A stretch of DNA of 63,121 bases, counting the filler, from Chiloscyllium plagiosum (taxonomy: Eukaryota): the NCBI RefSeq assembly GCF_004010195.1. It is 4 parts of one record of this genome, joined end to end, with 100 filler letters (N's around TTAATTAATTAA, not from the genome) between each part and the next. Parts side by side here need not be neighbours in the genome. Positions count along the whole stretch, not along the records: positions 1 to 16,657 come from NC_057710.1; 3 more parts are not named here. One strand, 5' to 3'. The notes beneath the pieces were generated by a model. That model searched no databases and was not told where the DNA came from. It saw only the letters and a list, made by a program, of their open reading frames with translations. Below, in pieces: positions 1 through 12,496 of this stretch (the first letter of the stretch is position 1; the number at the start of each line of letters is the position of its first letter). The position numbers and the translations under genes are program-made.

Positions 1-200
1 GGGCAATTTAGTATGGCCTATTAGCATGGCCAATTCACATCTTTGGACTGTGGGAAGAAACCGGAGCACCCGGAGGAAACCCACGCAGACACGGGGAGAA
101 CGTGCAAACTCCACACAGTCAGTCGCCTAAGGCAGGAATTGAACCCGGGTCTCAGGCGCTGTGAGGCAGCAGTGCTAACCACTGTGCCACAGTGCCGCCC
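1..200 (-). mobile_element. HE1-like V-SINE, 5' tRNA-derived head and core (cut by window edge)
   Basis: The reverse complement reads GGGCGGCACTGTGGCACAGTGGTTAGCACTGCTGCCTCACAGCGCC..GGGTTCAATTCC (A/B boxes), then the V-domain GTGTGGAGTTTGCACGTTCTCCCCGTGTCTGCGTGGGTTTCC. Confidence 0.9.
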
Positions 201-204
201 ACAA

Positions 205-840
205 ATTATACATTCATACAGTACACACTCATACATTATACACTCATACATTACACATTCATATACAACACACTCTCACACACTACACACTCTTACACTC
301 TTCCCATTCTAACATGCTATGCACTCTTAGACAGTACACACTCTTATACACTGCACCCCCTTACACATTATACATTCTTATCTGATACACTCTTATACAC
401 TACTCACTCTTACACATTATACACTCATATACTACACGCTCTCACACACTACACACTCTTACACTCTTCCCACTCTTACATTCTATGCACTCTTACACAG
501 TACACACTCTTATACACTGCACCCCCTTACACATTATACATTCTTATATGATACACTTTTATACACTACTCACTCTTACACATTATACACTCATTCACTA
601 CACACTCTCACACACTACACACTCTTACACTCTTCCCACTCTTACATTCTATGCACTCTTACACAGTACACACTCTTATAATGCAATATACACTCTTACA
701 CACTATACACTCTTACACACTATACACTCTTACACACTACACACTCTTACACTACACAGTCATGCATAACACACTCTTTACGCAGTACACGCTCTTAAAT
801 ACTACACGCTCTTGCACACTACAAATTCTTACACACTTCT
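205..840. repeat. G-poor (TACAC/CTCTTACA)-type low-complexity tract with a ~166 bp higher-order period
   Basis: The landmark TTCCCA recurs at 301, 467 and 633 within near-identical blocks. Confidence 0.85.
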
Positions 841-844
841 TCTA

Positions 845-1995
845 TGTAAATAATCAGCCAATGCCTTCTTGAATGTCTCCATTGAACTTCCTCCACCACA
901 TGTCCTGGAAGTACATTCCACACTCTAATGGCTCACTGTATGATATAATATTTTTCTTGTATCGCCTTTGTTTTTTCTTGCACACCACTTTACACCTGTG
1001 CCTCTCTCATTTTTGTTACTTTTATGATCGGAAACAACTTCTCTGTTTACCCTATCTAGCCTGCTCATGATTTCAAAAACCTCCATTAAATCTCTTCTCA
1101 GCCTTCTTCTCTCCAAAGAGAACATTTCCAACTTCTTCCATTTATCCTCATAATTGAAGTTTCTGTTTCTTCAGCCTGTTCTTGTAAATCACTTTTGCAC
1201 TTTCTCCAATGGATTGACATGGAGTCATAGAGTCATTCAGCATGGAAACAGTCCCTTTAATACAACCAGTCCATGCTAAACATAATCTCGAACTAAACTA
1301 GTCCCACCTGTCTGCTCATGGCCCATATCACTCCAAACCTTTTCTATTCATGTATTTATTCTAATATCTTTGAGAATGTTGTAATTGTACCTACATCCAT
1401 CATTTCCTCAGGGAGTTCATTCCATTCACAAATTACCCTCTATGTAAGCAATTTGCCCCTTATGACTTTTTTCAATCTCTCTCTCCTCTCACCTTAATGT
1501 GCCCCCAAGTCTTGAAATTCCCTTCCAAGGGAAAAGACATTAGCTCTATCTATAACTCACATTATTTTATAAACTGATATAAGGTTGCCATGCTCCATGC
1601 TCCATTGAAAAAAGTCCCAGCCTATTGTGCCTTTCTTTATAACTCAAACCTTTCATAGTGGCAGCATCCTGGTAAATCGCTTCTGAACTCTCTCCAGCTC
1701 AATAATAATATTCTTCCTATAAACTGGGCAAGCAGAACTGGACACAATATTCCAGAAGAGGCCTCATTTTTCCTATAATGCGTACAATATATCAATTGAG
1801 GTTTAACAGTGTTCTGTACAAGTTCAACATCACCTTCTTAATCTGGTGCTCCATGTCTATATTAATGAAGCTAAGGACACTTTATGCATTATTATATGTT
1901 CTCCTTATCTGTCATGCCACCTTCAATGACCTATGCACTCTGCTCTTGCCATCTTCCCCTTTAGAATTTTATCTTCTCTTTTATATTCTTTCTGC
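845..1995 (-). mobile_element. Decayed CR1 LINE 3' region, interrupted by a younger HER1-type CR1 3' end (~1223-1775)
   Basis: ORF 925-1131 gives FSLERRRLRRDLMEVFEIM (CR1 ORF2 C-terminus). GAGTCATAGAGTCA at ~1222 is the reverse of the (CTATGACT)n tail. Confidence 0.8.
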
Positions 1996-2029
1996 CAAAG
2001 TACAGCTGAGTAGAAAGGAATAGAGAAGA

Positions 2030-2315
2030 TAGATTAGATTACTTAGTGTGGAAACAGGCTCTTCGGCCCAACAAGTCCACACCAACTCTCCGAACAGCAA
2101 CCCACCCAGACCCATTCCTCTACATTTACCCCTTCACGGGCAATTTAGCATGGCCAATTCACCTAACCTGCACATCTTTAGACTGTGGGTGGAAACCGGA
2201 GCATCCAGAGGAGAATGTGCAAACTCCACACAGATAGTTGCCCGAGGTGGCAATTGAACCCAGGTCTCTAGCGCTGTGAGGCAGCAGTGCTAATCACTGT
2301 GCCACCATGCTGCCC
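2030..2315 (-). mobile_element. HE1-like SINE, near full length
   Basis: It has a (TCTAA)n tail (gattagatta on +), the V-domain, and a tRNA-like head ending ..CCACCATGCTGCCC. Confidence 0.9.
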
Positions 2316-2382
2316 AAGAGATTTATGAAAAATAAGTTGTGACAAGAGAGAGTGGCACAGAGACTAAGTGGGTACCTGCATA

Positions 2383-3055
2383 GATTGATTGAGAATGTAA
2401 CTCTGAAGATGGACGAGGGAGATCCAGTAGATGTAGTGTACCTGGACTTTCAGATAGCTTTTGATAAAGTCCCACATAGGAGGTTAGTGAGCAAAATTAG
2501 GGTGCATGGTATTGGGGGCAAAGTACTAACTTGGATTGAAAGTTGGTTGGCTGACAGGAAACAAAGAGTCGTGATAAACGGCTCCATTTCGGAATGGCAG
2601 GCAGTGACCAGTGGGGTACAGCAAGGATCAGTGCTGGGACCGCAGCTTTTTACAATATATATTAATGATATAGAATATGGTATTAGTAATAACATTAGCA
2701 AATTTGCTGATGATTCTAAGCTGGGTGGCAGGGTGAAACGTGGGGAGGATGTTAGGAGTGGCAGGCAGTGACCAGTGGGGTACCGCAGGGATCCGTGCTG
2801 GGACTGCAGCTTTTTACAATATATGTTAATGATATAGAAGATGGTATCAACAATAACATTAGCAAATTTGCTGATGATACAAAGCTGGGTGGCAGGGTGA
2901 AATGTGATGAGGATGTTTGGAGATTACAGGGTGACCTGGACAGGTTAGGTGAGTGGTCAGATGCATGGCAGATGAAGTTTAATGTGGATAAATGAATGTT
3001 TATCCATTTTGGTGGCAAGAACAGAAAGGCAGATTACTACCTAAATGGAATCAAA
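2383..3055 (+). mobile_element. CR1 ORF2 reverse transcriptase fragment with an internal 164 bp tandem duplication
   Basis: Motifs VDVVYLDFQIAFDKVPH, SGVPQGSVLG and KFADDTKL. Block 2591-2753 is repeated at 2755-2917. Confidence 0.93.
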
Positions 3056-3180
3056 TGGAGGGATATGGGCCGGGTGCTGGCAGGTGGGACTAGATCGCGT
3101 TGGGATATCTGGTCGGCATGGATGGGTTAGACGGAAGAGTCTGTTTCCATGCTGCACATCTCAATGACTCAATGACTCTA
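3056..3180 (+). mobile_element. HER1-type CR1 3' UTR/tail
   Basis: GGAGGGATATGGGCC..CTGTTTCCATGCTG..ATGACTCAATGACTCTA. Confidence 0.85.
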
Positions 3181-3711
3181 TTTACCTTCCTGGCAGCCCC
3201 CGCTCCTCTCTCCTTCTCTCCTGACTGCTCCCCAATAAGTTAGTTCGTGAAGAGAGTGAAAACTTTCAGACCACAGTGTTTTCTTCTAAATTTCATTGGT
3301 TATTCAAAGTTGAGAAATGTTGAGAATATCTGAGATTTCAGTTGTGTGGAGCTGACTGGATCAGAACTCAAAAGAAGCAGTTCAGTAAAAAATACAGATT
3401 TGATCGGAAAAGAAAATTTCTCTGGTTTTTGAGTACCTGTAAAATGATTTTGGAAGTTTTGATTTTGTTTTGCAATCTTTCAAATTGTGTGATATTTAGA
3501 TAGGTGGGTTTGTTTTATTTCATTTCTATTTCTTTTGTGTAATAAGCATCTATTTTATAGTTAAAACCAAACCAGCTGCCTAGTGTGCTTATGTTTTAGT
3601 GAAAGACCACAAGGTTATGTTAAAAGAAAATATAATCTGACACATTAGATTACATTCTGGGATCTGACCTGTCCTGTAGTTTTATCAGCTGGAATCATAA
3701 CAATACATAAT

Positions 3712-3908
3712 TAAATCTTAAGTCACACAACACCAGGTTATTGTCCAACAGCATATAAATTCTGTGCCTGTCCACTTCTTGCGACTTCACGTGATGAAGA
3801 AGCAGCGCTCCGAAAGTTTGTGATTTTAAATAAAACTGTTAGATTATAACCTGGTGTTACGTGACTTTGGATTTTGTTCGTCCTAGTCCAAAACTGGCAT
3901 CTCCACGT
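3712..3908 (+). mobile_element. Short fold-back PLE-like terminus element with a degenerate hammerhead core
   Basis: Inverted arms AAGTCACACAACACCAGGTTA / TAACCTGGTGTTACGTGACTT surround the core gTGATGAagaagcagcgctccGAAAG. Flanks CAATAC[A/G]TAAT lie at 3701-3711 and 3909-3919. Confidence 0.65.
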
Positions 3909-3973
3909 CAATACGTAATCAGGGGAGGGAGTTCTAATTTTTTGACCCAGTGATAGTGAAGGAATGGTGATAT

Positions 3974-4140
3974 AGAGTCATAGAATCATGAAGATGTATA
4001 GCATAGAAACAGACCCTTCGGTCCACTTCATCCATGCCGACCAGATATCCTAAATTAGTCTAGTCCCATTTGTTAGCATATACTTCTAAACTCTTCCTAT
4101 TCATATACCCATTCAGATGTCTTTTAAATGTTGTAATTTT
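3974..4140 (-). mobile_element. HER1-type CR1 3' tail
   Basis: AGAGTCATAGAATCAT..AAACAGACCCTTCGGTCC. Confidence 0.85.
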
Positions 4141-4767
4141 CATAACAAGATGGATTGAGTATAGAAGCAAAGAGGTGCTTCTGCAGCTGTACAGGGCCCT
4201 GATGAGACCACACCTGGAGTATTGTGTGCAGTTCTGGTCTCCAGATTTGAAAAAAGACATTCTGACTATTGAGGGAGTGCAGCGTAGGTTCACGAGGTCA
4301 ATTCCTGGAATGACGGGACTACGTTACGCTGAAAGACTGGAGTGACTGGGCTTGTATACCCTTGAGTTGAGAAGACTGAGAGGGGATCTGATTGAGACAT
4401 ATAAGATTATTAAAGAATTGGACACTCTGGCAGCAGGAAACATGTTTCCGCTGATGGGTGAGTGCTGAACCAGAGGACACAGCTTAAAAATACGGGGTAG
4501 ACCATTTAGGACAGAGATGAGAAGAAACTTCTTCACCCAGAGAGTGGTGGCTGTGTGGAATGCTCTTCTCCAGAGTGCAGTGGAGGCCCAGTCTCTGGAT
4601 TCATTTAAAAAAGAGTTGGATAGAGCTCTCAAGGATAGTGGAATCAAGAGTTATGGAGATAAGGCAGGAACAGGATACTGATTAAGGATGATCAGCCATG
4701 ATCATATTGGATGGTGGTGCAGGCTCGAAGGGCAGAATGGCCTACTCCTGCGCCTATTGTCTATTGA
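4141..4767 (+). mobile_element. CR1 3' end, (CTATTGT)n-tail family
   Basis: LQLYRALMRPHLEYCVQFWSP..EGVQRRFTR; the copy ends CCTATTGTCTATTG. Confidence 0.92.
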
Positions 4768-4999
4768 ATGTTCAGTTTCGGTAAGTTATACTCGATCCAG
4801 TTCAATGAAATCTTAGTATTGGCAGTAATGTGCCCAGATGCAAACTACACAGTTTCTCTTTTTAAGATCTTGGCTGTTCCTTCTGTTTTGATGTCAGCTA
4901 GAGAGTGGCTGAAGATATAGACCTGAAATTTCCTCCGATTGTAACTGTGGTGGGAAACCAACAATGTTTCAGAGAGATGATGGTCGAAGTGCCTGGTAA

Positions 5000-5905
5000 T
5001 TTGAGCCTTCAATCCAAACTACTATGAGACTGACCAAAGATCTCAGTTTCTCTATTGTGCAAGCTCATCATAGTCTCAATTCCCAGGCATTTCAAAAATC
5101 TATCTATCTCCTCTTTCAATATTTTTCACTGAACTAGCTGCCGCAACTCTCTGGGGTAGAGAACTTGAGATATTCATTACTCTCTGAGAGAAGAAATTCC
5201 TTTGAATTTCAGTTTTAATTGAGTCTTACCTTGTTCCATAAGTGTGCCCTGGTTCGAAGATTCTCCCACTAGTAGAAACATAATCTCAACAAGATCCTTC
5301 AGAATGTTATATTTCAATAAGATCACCCTTCATTCTTCTCAACTCTAATGAATAAAGGCCTATACTATATCACTGTTCTTGATAAGTCAACCTCCTCATC
5401 CCAGGAATCAGCTGAACGAATCGCATCTGAACTGCTTCAATGCCAATTTCATAAAACTGGGATCAAAACTATGCACAGTACTCCAGGTGTCACCTGATCA
5501 ATAGCCTGAACAATTTCCCTAATTTAAATTTCAAACCCCTTAAGCAATGAATGCCAAAGTTTAATTTGCCTCCTTAATTACTCATTGCCCCTGCATGATA
5601 CCGTTTTGTGTTTCACGTGCAAGAACAATTGGATTTCTCTATGTTGTACTTTGTTGGAGTTTCTCTCCATTTCAATAATAGTCTGTCTTTTGACTTTTCC
5701 CAGCAAAGTCCATAATCTCAAATCTTTCTGCATTAAACACCATCTTCCAAGTTTTTGCCCACTCAGTCAACCTATTAGTATTCCCTTATAATTTCTTTAT
5801 AACCTTAACAAAACATACCCTTCCCACCTATTGTTTTATCAATAGCTAATTTGGATGCAGTATAATCTGCCCCCTTCTCCAAACTATTAAATGGATAGTA
5901 AACAA
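5000..5905 (-). mobile_element. Old decayed CR1 3' region
   Basis: Degenerate matches to CR1 3' motifs such as gagaagaaattcc and cacagtactccagg. Confidence 0.6.
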
Positions 5906-5934
5906 TTGAGACACCTGTTGCACCTTCCTGATTT

Positions 5935-7260
5935 CCTGGATAATCCAGGAAATTGCAGGCCAGTGAGCCTTACATCTATGGTAAAGAAATTATTGGAGAA
6001 GATTATTTGGGACAGGATTTACTCACATTTGGAAAAGATTGGACTTACTAGGGATAGTCAGCGTGGCTTTGTGCAGGGGAGGTCAAGTCTCACAAATTTT
6101 ATTGAGTTTTTTTGCGGCAGTGAGAAAGATGATTGATAAGTGTAAGGCAGCAGATGTTACCTACACTGGACTAAGGCATTTGACATGATCCCTCACAATA
6201 GATTGGCCCAGAAGATGAAGACACATGGAATCCATAATGAGTTGGTAAGTTGGATACAAAATTGGCTTGGTCATAGAGAACAGAGGGTAGTGGTGGAGGG
6301 GCATTTTTCTGACTGGAGGTCTGTGAACAGTGATATTCTGTAAGGATCAGTGCTGTGACCTCTGTTATTTGTAATATGTTTCAATGATAAGTTTGCTGAT
6401 CTGATCAGTATGCTTGCAGATGACATGGAATTTGGCCAAGTTGTGGATAGAAAGGAAGCAGGATATAGATCAGTTGGAAAGATGGGAAGAGAAATGGCAA
6501 ATGGATTTTAACCCGGACCAGTGTGAGGTGATGCATTTTGGGAAGTCAAATGCAAGAGGAAAATGTACGGGAAATGGCAGCACTTTTAGGAGCGTTGATA
6601 GATAGACAGAAGGATCTTGGGGCGCAAGTCCATTACTCCCTGAAAGTAGCAACACAGGTGGATAAGATGGTAAAGGAGGCATTCAGCATGTTTGCCTTCA
6701 TTGGTTGGGGGTTTGAGTATAAAAGTTAGCAAGTCAAATTGCAGTTTTATAAAACATTTGTTCAACTACATTTTGTGGATTGTGTTTCATTCTGGTCCCC
6801 ACACCACAGGAAGGATGTGGAGCTTTGGAGAAGATGAAAAAGAGGTGAACTTAAAAGATTGGCTGGAGGGGAATGCATTCGCTATAAGGAGAGGACAAAC
6901 TTGGATTGTTTTGGCTGGAGTGTTGGAGGCTTGATAGAAATATATAAAATTGTGAGAGGCATGGAGAGGGCAGATTATCGGAGTCTTTTTCCGAGGGTGA
7001 AAATACCCAATGCCATGTGGAGTGGGTTTCAAAGAGAGAGGGGCAAAGTTTAAGGAAGGTGTGTGAGGTAAGTTTTTCCACAGAAGGTGGTATGTGCCTG
7101 GAATATGCTGTGAGAGGAGGTGGTAGAGGCAGTTATAATAGAAATGTTTAAAGGCATTTAAACAGACACATGAATAGGCAGTAAACAGAGGGATATGTGC
7201 AGGCAAATGGGATTAGTTTAAAATAGCATCATGGTCGCCACAGACATGATGGTCCGAATG
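5935..7260 (+). mobile_element. CR1 ORF2 RT to 3' UTR, frameshifted
   Basis: NPGNCRPVSLTS, SQRGFVQGRSSLTNFIEFF, WQMDFNPDQCEVMHFG. Confidence 0.88.
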
Positions 7261-7261
7261 A

Positions 7262-7460
7262 CTGGGAGTGGAGTCACACATAAACCAGGTATGGATAGCA
7301 GATTTCCTCCCCTAAAGAGCAGAAGCAAACCAGATGGATTTTTATAAGGCTTGCTTTTTATTGAACTCAAATTTCTTCATGTGTCATGATGAGGTTCAAA
7401 CTCACTGCGGTAGCCTTGGATTCTGGATTAATAATCTTGTCACATTACCACCACACCACC
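7262..7460 (-). mobile_element. Shark SINE fragment (family with the CCATCTGGTTCACTAATGTCCTTTAGGGAAGG core)
   Basis: Similar to the copies at 7845-8120, 9255-9470, 20715-21330, 31605-31800 and 38700-38880. Confidence 0.6.
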
Positions 7461-7705
7461 TCAATCCCCTCTGCATCCCAGCACTCTGCCTCCAATACCC
7501 ACACGTAAATACACTGGCTTCTCTCCATGAGCAGTGGACCCTGATAATCCCTGTTGATATTAAGTGAACAGAAACTCAGGACTGACCACCCCTTTGAGTG
7601 ACTTAGTCAGACAGCCTTAAACAATGAATGAGTAGACCCCTGACTAATATCTGTACAGCTCCCCATCTGCATTCACACATTTCGGTGGACTGTTACATGG
7701 ACCAT

Positions 7706-7765
7706 GCTTTTCCAGCAACACATTTTTCAGCTCTGATCTCCAGCATCTGCAGACCTCACTTTCTC
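7706..7765 (+). mobile_element. 60 bp PLE 3'-terminus insertion with a perfect 16 bp TSD
   Basis: CTGTTACATGGACCAT at 7690-7705 and 7766-7781. The insert matches the tail at 58179-58237. Confidence 0.85.
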
Positions 7766-7844
7766 CTGTTACATGGACCATTGATGACTGTGGCCACTCT
7801 CTGGACAGTAAACATATAGACTCCCTGACCCCAACCTCCTGAGT

Positions 7845-8120
7845 GTTTTTATTCATTCACAGAACGTGGACATTACTGGCTGGGCCCAGAGGGCAGTAAT
7901 GAGTCAACCACATTGCTCTGCGTCTGGAGTCTTATGTAGGTCAGTCCAGGCAAGAATGACAGTTTCCTTCCCTAAAGGACATTAGTGAACCAGATGGGTA
8001 TTTCTGACAATTGTCAATGGTTTCATAATCATCATTAGATTCTTAATTCCAGATTTTTATTTGCATCCCACCATCAGCTGTGGCAGGATTTGAACCTGGG
8101 ATCCCAGGTTCAATACTTAG
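7845..8120 (-). mobile_element. Shark SINE (same family as 7262-7460)
   Basis: TTTCCTTCCCTAAAGGACATTAGTGAACCAGATGGG and a B-box-like GGATTTGAACC. Confidence 0.7.
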
Positions 8121-8421
8121 GTCTGTATTGTGCAGTAAAAGGGAGACTTTGGGATTATCATAAGCTCTTCAACACTTTATACTCAATGTCTGGCTCAATA
8201 GTAAAGAAACTTTACTATATCCAGAGCATTACACACTAATATTTGTTGAAAAATCTAAAAGCCAAAATGTGAGATTGTTCAGATAGGTTTACTGGCTCAG
8301 CTCAGTGGTCGCTGACTGCTAGATTACATATTACATGCTTCTAGAGAGATTTGCAGGCATTATTACTTGGGCTTGTTTCTTTGGCTCAATTAATTCTCCT
8401 GGCTCGGCTTTTTCCAATCTT

Positions 8422-8655
8422 GAAACAAAAACAGAAATTGCTGGGGACGCTGACAGCATCCGTGGAAGAGAAAGCAGACTTGACATTTCCGTTCCAGTGA
8501 CCCTGTTTCAGAATATGTCCTGAAGTTCTGACTTCTGAAGAAGGGTCACTGGAGCTGAAACATTAACTTGTTTTTTTCTCTCTCCACAGATGCTGCCAGA
8601 CTTGTTGAGTTTTCCCAATAATTACTATTTTTGTTTCTGATTTCTAGCATCCAGT
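8422..8655. mobile_element. Degenerate fold-back PLE-terminus element with a hammerhead-like core
   Basis: CTGAAGAagggtcactggagctGAAAcATT at 8535. The left arm is its diverged reverse complement (ccagtgaccctg..ttcag). Confidence 0.65.
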
Positions 8656-9254
8656 TTTCTGATTTTTCAAAACCTGTGTGTGCTTCTATATGCCGATGGA
8701 GTCACAAATTGCTGACCCATCGGGATCCTTCCCTTTCTCGGGCTAAGCAGGTCTTTGATCTCTGGAAGTGGTGTGAATGCCAATGACCGGGAACACCTCT
8801 TTCTCATCCAGTTGTGGATGTGTGGCAATGAAGACTGCACTAGCACATGCTTCTTTCTCTAAGCTAGCTAGCAGATCCTCCAAAGTGTGAGGATTGGAGC
8901 TGTTGGTGGTGTGTGCTGATGGCTGATGCTTCTGAGCTAACAGTGGTCTAATCCTCAGAGATGGAGAAGGAGATGTCTTATGGGACCAATGGAAATTCCA
9001 CTGGTCCTCACAGGAGATAAAAGAGAGAGTGCATTGTGACCTAGGGGCAGATCCTATGGCATATTACGAATATATTCACAGTGGGGATAAGTGGGAGAGT
9101 GGTACAACAATGAACGATGCTTCTTCTTTTGTTGCTGGGATGAGGATGTTTCAGCATCTCCGCAGGATCGTTCCTGGTCCTGTTCAGAGGTAAGAGGTAA
9201 AAGTCTCTGACCTTGCAGAGCAGCTCCGTACTGTCTGTACCTGAAAGGTGCACT

Positions 9255-9470
9255 ACGGCCTTTGGGGACCTGAGTTCAAATCCCATCACAGCAGATGGTG
9301 AAAATTGAATTCAATGCAAATCCTGAATTACGAGCCAAGTGATGACCAGGAAACTGCTGCTAATTGTTGAGAAAACCCATATCTGGATCACAAATGACCT
9401 TTAGGGAATGGGACTCCTGTCTTTACCTGGTTGGCCTAAATTTGACTCACATTTAGACCCACAGCATTGC
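9255..9470 (+). mobile_element. Shark SINE (same family as 7845-8120)
   Basis: GAGTTCAAATCCCATC..GATGGTGAAA..CCTTTAGGGAA..CTTTACCTGG. Confidence 0.65.
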
Positions 9471-9474
9471 TGCT

Positions 9475-10345
9475 AACTTTGATCAAATGGGTCAATGGGC
9501 TGAAAAATGGCAGATGGTGTTCAATCTGGGTATTGCATTTTGTTACGGCAAACAAAGATAGGGCTTATACAATTAATGATCCGATCTTTTGTATTGTCAT
9601 AGAACATAGGGAAGTAGGGGTTCAGTTACATAATTCTTTGAAGTTTGCATCACATACATCACTATCACCTGATGAAGGAGCCTCTGAAAGCTAGTGTGCT
9701 TCCAATTAAACCTGTTGGACTATAACCTGGTGTTGTGTGATTTTTAACTTTGCATCCCATACAGACAGTGTAGTTAAAAAGGCATTTTAGCACACTTGCC
9801 TTCATTGCTTAGTTCTTTGAGTGTAACAGTTGAAAAGTCATGTTGAGGTTGTACAGGACATTGGTGAGGCCTCTTCTGGAATACTGTGTCCAGTTCTGGT
9901 CGCCCTGTTAGAGGAGGGATATTATTAAACTGGAGTGGGTTCAGAAGAGATTTACCAAGATATTGCCGGGTATGGAAGGTTTGAATTATAAAGGAAAGGC
10001 CAGATAGGTTGGGACTTTTTCACTAGAGCATAGGAGGTTGAGAGGTGACATTTTGGAAGTTTATAAAATAATGAGAGATATAGATAGGGTTAATTGTAGT
10101 CTTTTCCCTAAAATGGGGGATTTCAAGATGACATTTTTCAGGTGAGAGGAGAGCAGTTCAGAAAAGACACGAGGAGCAATATCTTTTTTGCATAGAGGCT
10201 TCGCGTGTGGAATGAACTTCCTGAAGAAGTGATGGATGCAGGTACAATTGCAACATCAAAAAGACATTTGGATAGGTACATGAATAGGAAAGGTTTGGAG
10301 GGATATGGGCCAGTAGGCAAGTGGAACTAGTTTAGTTTGGGATTA
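9475..10345 (+). mobile_element. CR1 3' fragment carrying a 90 bp hammerhead insertion
   Basis: ctggaatactgtgtccagttctggtc; HER1-like 3' UTR. Confidence 0.85.
9659..9748 (+). mobile_element. 90 bp hammerhead-bearing insertion with a 15 bp TSD
   Basis: cacCTGATGAaggagcctctGAAAgctagtgtgcTTC. TSD TTTGCATC[A/C]CATACA at 9644-9658 and 9749-9763. Confidence 0.75.
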
Positions 10346-10349
10346 TGTT

Positions 10350-11340
10350 TGACATTTATTTAAATTATTTGGATATGAACATGGGAGATATAGTTAGTAA
10401 GTTTGCAGATGACACCAAAATTAGAGGTGTAGTGGTCAGCGAAGAGGGTTACCTCAGATTACAACAAGATCTGGACCAGATGGGCCAATGGGCTGAGAAG
10501 TGGCAGATGGAGTTTAATTTAGATAAATACGAGGTGCTGTATTTTGGAAAAGCAAATCAGATCAGGACTTATACACTCAATAGTAAGGTCCTAGGGACTG
10601 TTGCTGAACAAAGAGACCTTGGAGTGCAGGTACATAGTTCCTTGAAAATTGGTCGCAGGTCGATAGGATAGTGAAGAAGGCATTTGGTATGCTTTCCTTT
10701 ATTGGTCAGAGCACTGAGTACAGGCGTTTGAAGGTCATGTTGCAGCTGTACGGGACATTGGTTAGGCCACTTTTATAGTACTGCATGCAATTCTGGTCTC
10801 CTTCCTATTGGAAGGGTGTTATGAAACTTGAAAGGGTTCAGAAAAGATTTATAAGGATATTGCCAGAGTTGGAGGATCTGAGCTATGGAGAGAGGCTGAA
10901 CAGGCTGGGGCTGTTTTCTCAGGAGCATCAGAGGCTGAGGGGTGACCTTTAGAGGTTTATAAAATCATGGGGGGCATGGATAGGGTAAATAGACAAAGTC
11001 TTTACCCTGGGGTAGGGAAGTTCCAGAACTAGAGGGCATAGGTTTAGGGTGAGAGGGGAAAGATATAAAAGGGACCTTTGGGAAAAGTTTTTCACACAAA
11101 GGGTGGTGCATGTATGGAATGAGCTTCCAGAGGAATTGGTGGAAGCTGGTATAATTACTGTATTTAAAAGACATCTGGCTGAGTACATGAATAGGAAGGG
11201 TTTAGAGGGATATGGGCCAAGTGCTGGCAAATAGGACAAGATAAGGTTAGGAAATCTGGTCGGCATGGACAAGTTGGACCGAAGGGCCTGTTTCCATGCT
11301 GTAGAAGTCTATAATTCTAAGATTCTACGACTGTATGACT
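10350..11340 (+). mobile_element. HER1-type CR1, RT C-terminal half to tail
   Basis: VSKFADDTKI, WAEKWQMEFNLDK, FFTQRVVHVWNELPEE. Confidence 0.92.
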
Positions 11341-12496
11341 GGTTAGTCTGAACAGTCTGTTTCTGTGCGGTAGCAGTCTACGACTCTGTAACTGCTGCTG
11401 TGCAATTAGGAGTAGGCCATAAACATGGGGCCTGATCTGTGATGCTCATAAACAAATAAAAAAATGGAGAATAAAAGATGTCAACATTAAAGAAGAAAAT
11501 AGCTGAGACAAAATGCTTCTTAGGAAACATTTTCTCAGGCCTCGTTTTCAATTTGGATCTTCCTGAGAAAATATAGCCATTTTAATGTTGTCGCATGAAT
11601 TTCTTTGTGGCTGGAATAATGTTCAGCAAACCTCTTACAAACACTAATTGGTTATTACATTCTTTTTTGTCATTTGGGACATAACATAAACTAAATTGTT
11701 TTTTTCCCAAAATGAAGAGTGATTATTCTAAATGGAGTAGCTGTGTAATGTTCGGATGCTAACAACTCGCATACGCCATTCGTCAATGCCAAATAGAACT
11801 CGGAACTTGATAGCTTTTGAAAAGATTTGCCTGATGCTCGACAATTGTTGCAATGTCTTAAAACCCTGATGACTTAACTTTTAAACATCGTGAAGGGAGT
11901 TGGCAGCTAGGTTATGAAACAAAGCTGAGCCAAGGGCATTGCTGTAAACTGGGAAAATTACAGGCTGCAAAGTGACCTTTTAAAACAAAAACTCAACAAT
12001 TTTACTCCTCCCCTGCTGTGCTGCTTGTCCAAATAGTGATGATTCGTGTTGGAGCATGGAGGCTCACTTTTTGGTAGGCCATCAGCCAGCTGGCCTATCA
12101 CAATTCAAACCGATGCCATGCTTGTGTCACATGCAGTCATGTAGCACGTCCAGATAAGCTTCCTGGACCTCATTTAGGCATATTATCTGAGTTTCCATTG
12201 GGTTTGAGGCCAGATCCTAGACATACTACTGCCCTCACTGCCAAGCTTGCCTATTTAGAGTAGGAATGAGAGTCCAACTTGCTGGTCTGTTTGACTCATC
12301 CACCCACTGAATTAAGACATTGAGCCAGACTGAAATGTAAATTAAAGTTGCTTACTTTATGAATAGAATCAGAAAAAAGAGCTGGCCGATTTGATGCTAT
12401 TGCTTCTCTACCCATCTTATTAGACACTGCAAGCTACTTGAATGTACTTAAAATTTACAGAATTTGCACTATTTATATGGTTCAATCAAGAACTTA

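Noticed and set aside
192..872. His/Thr/Tyr/Leu-rich ORFs
   Set aside because: These are translations of a low-complexity repeat.
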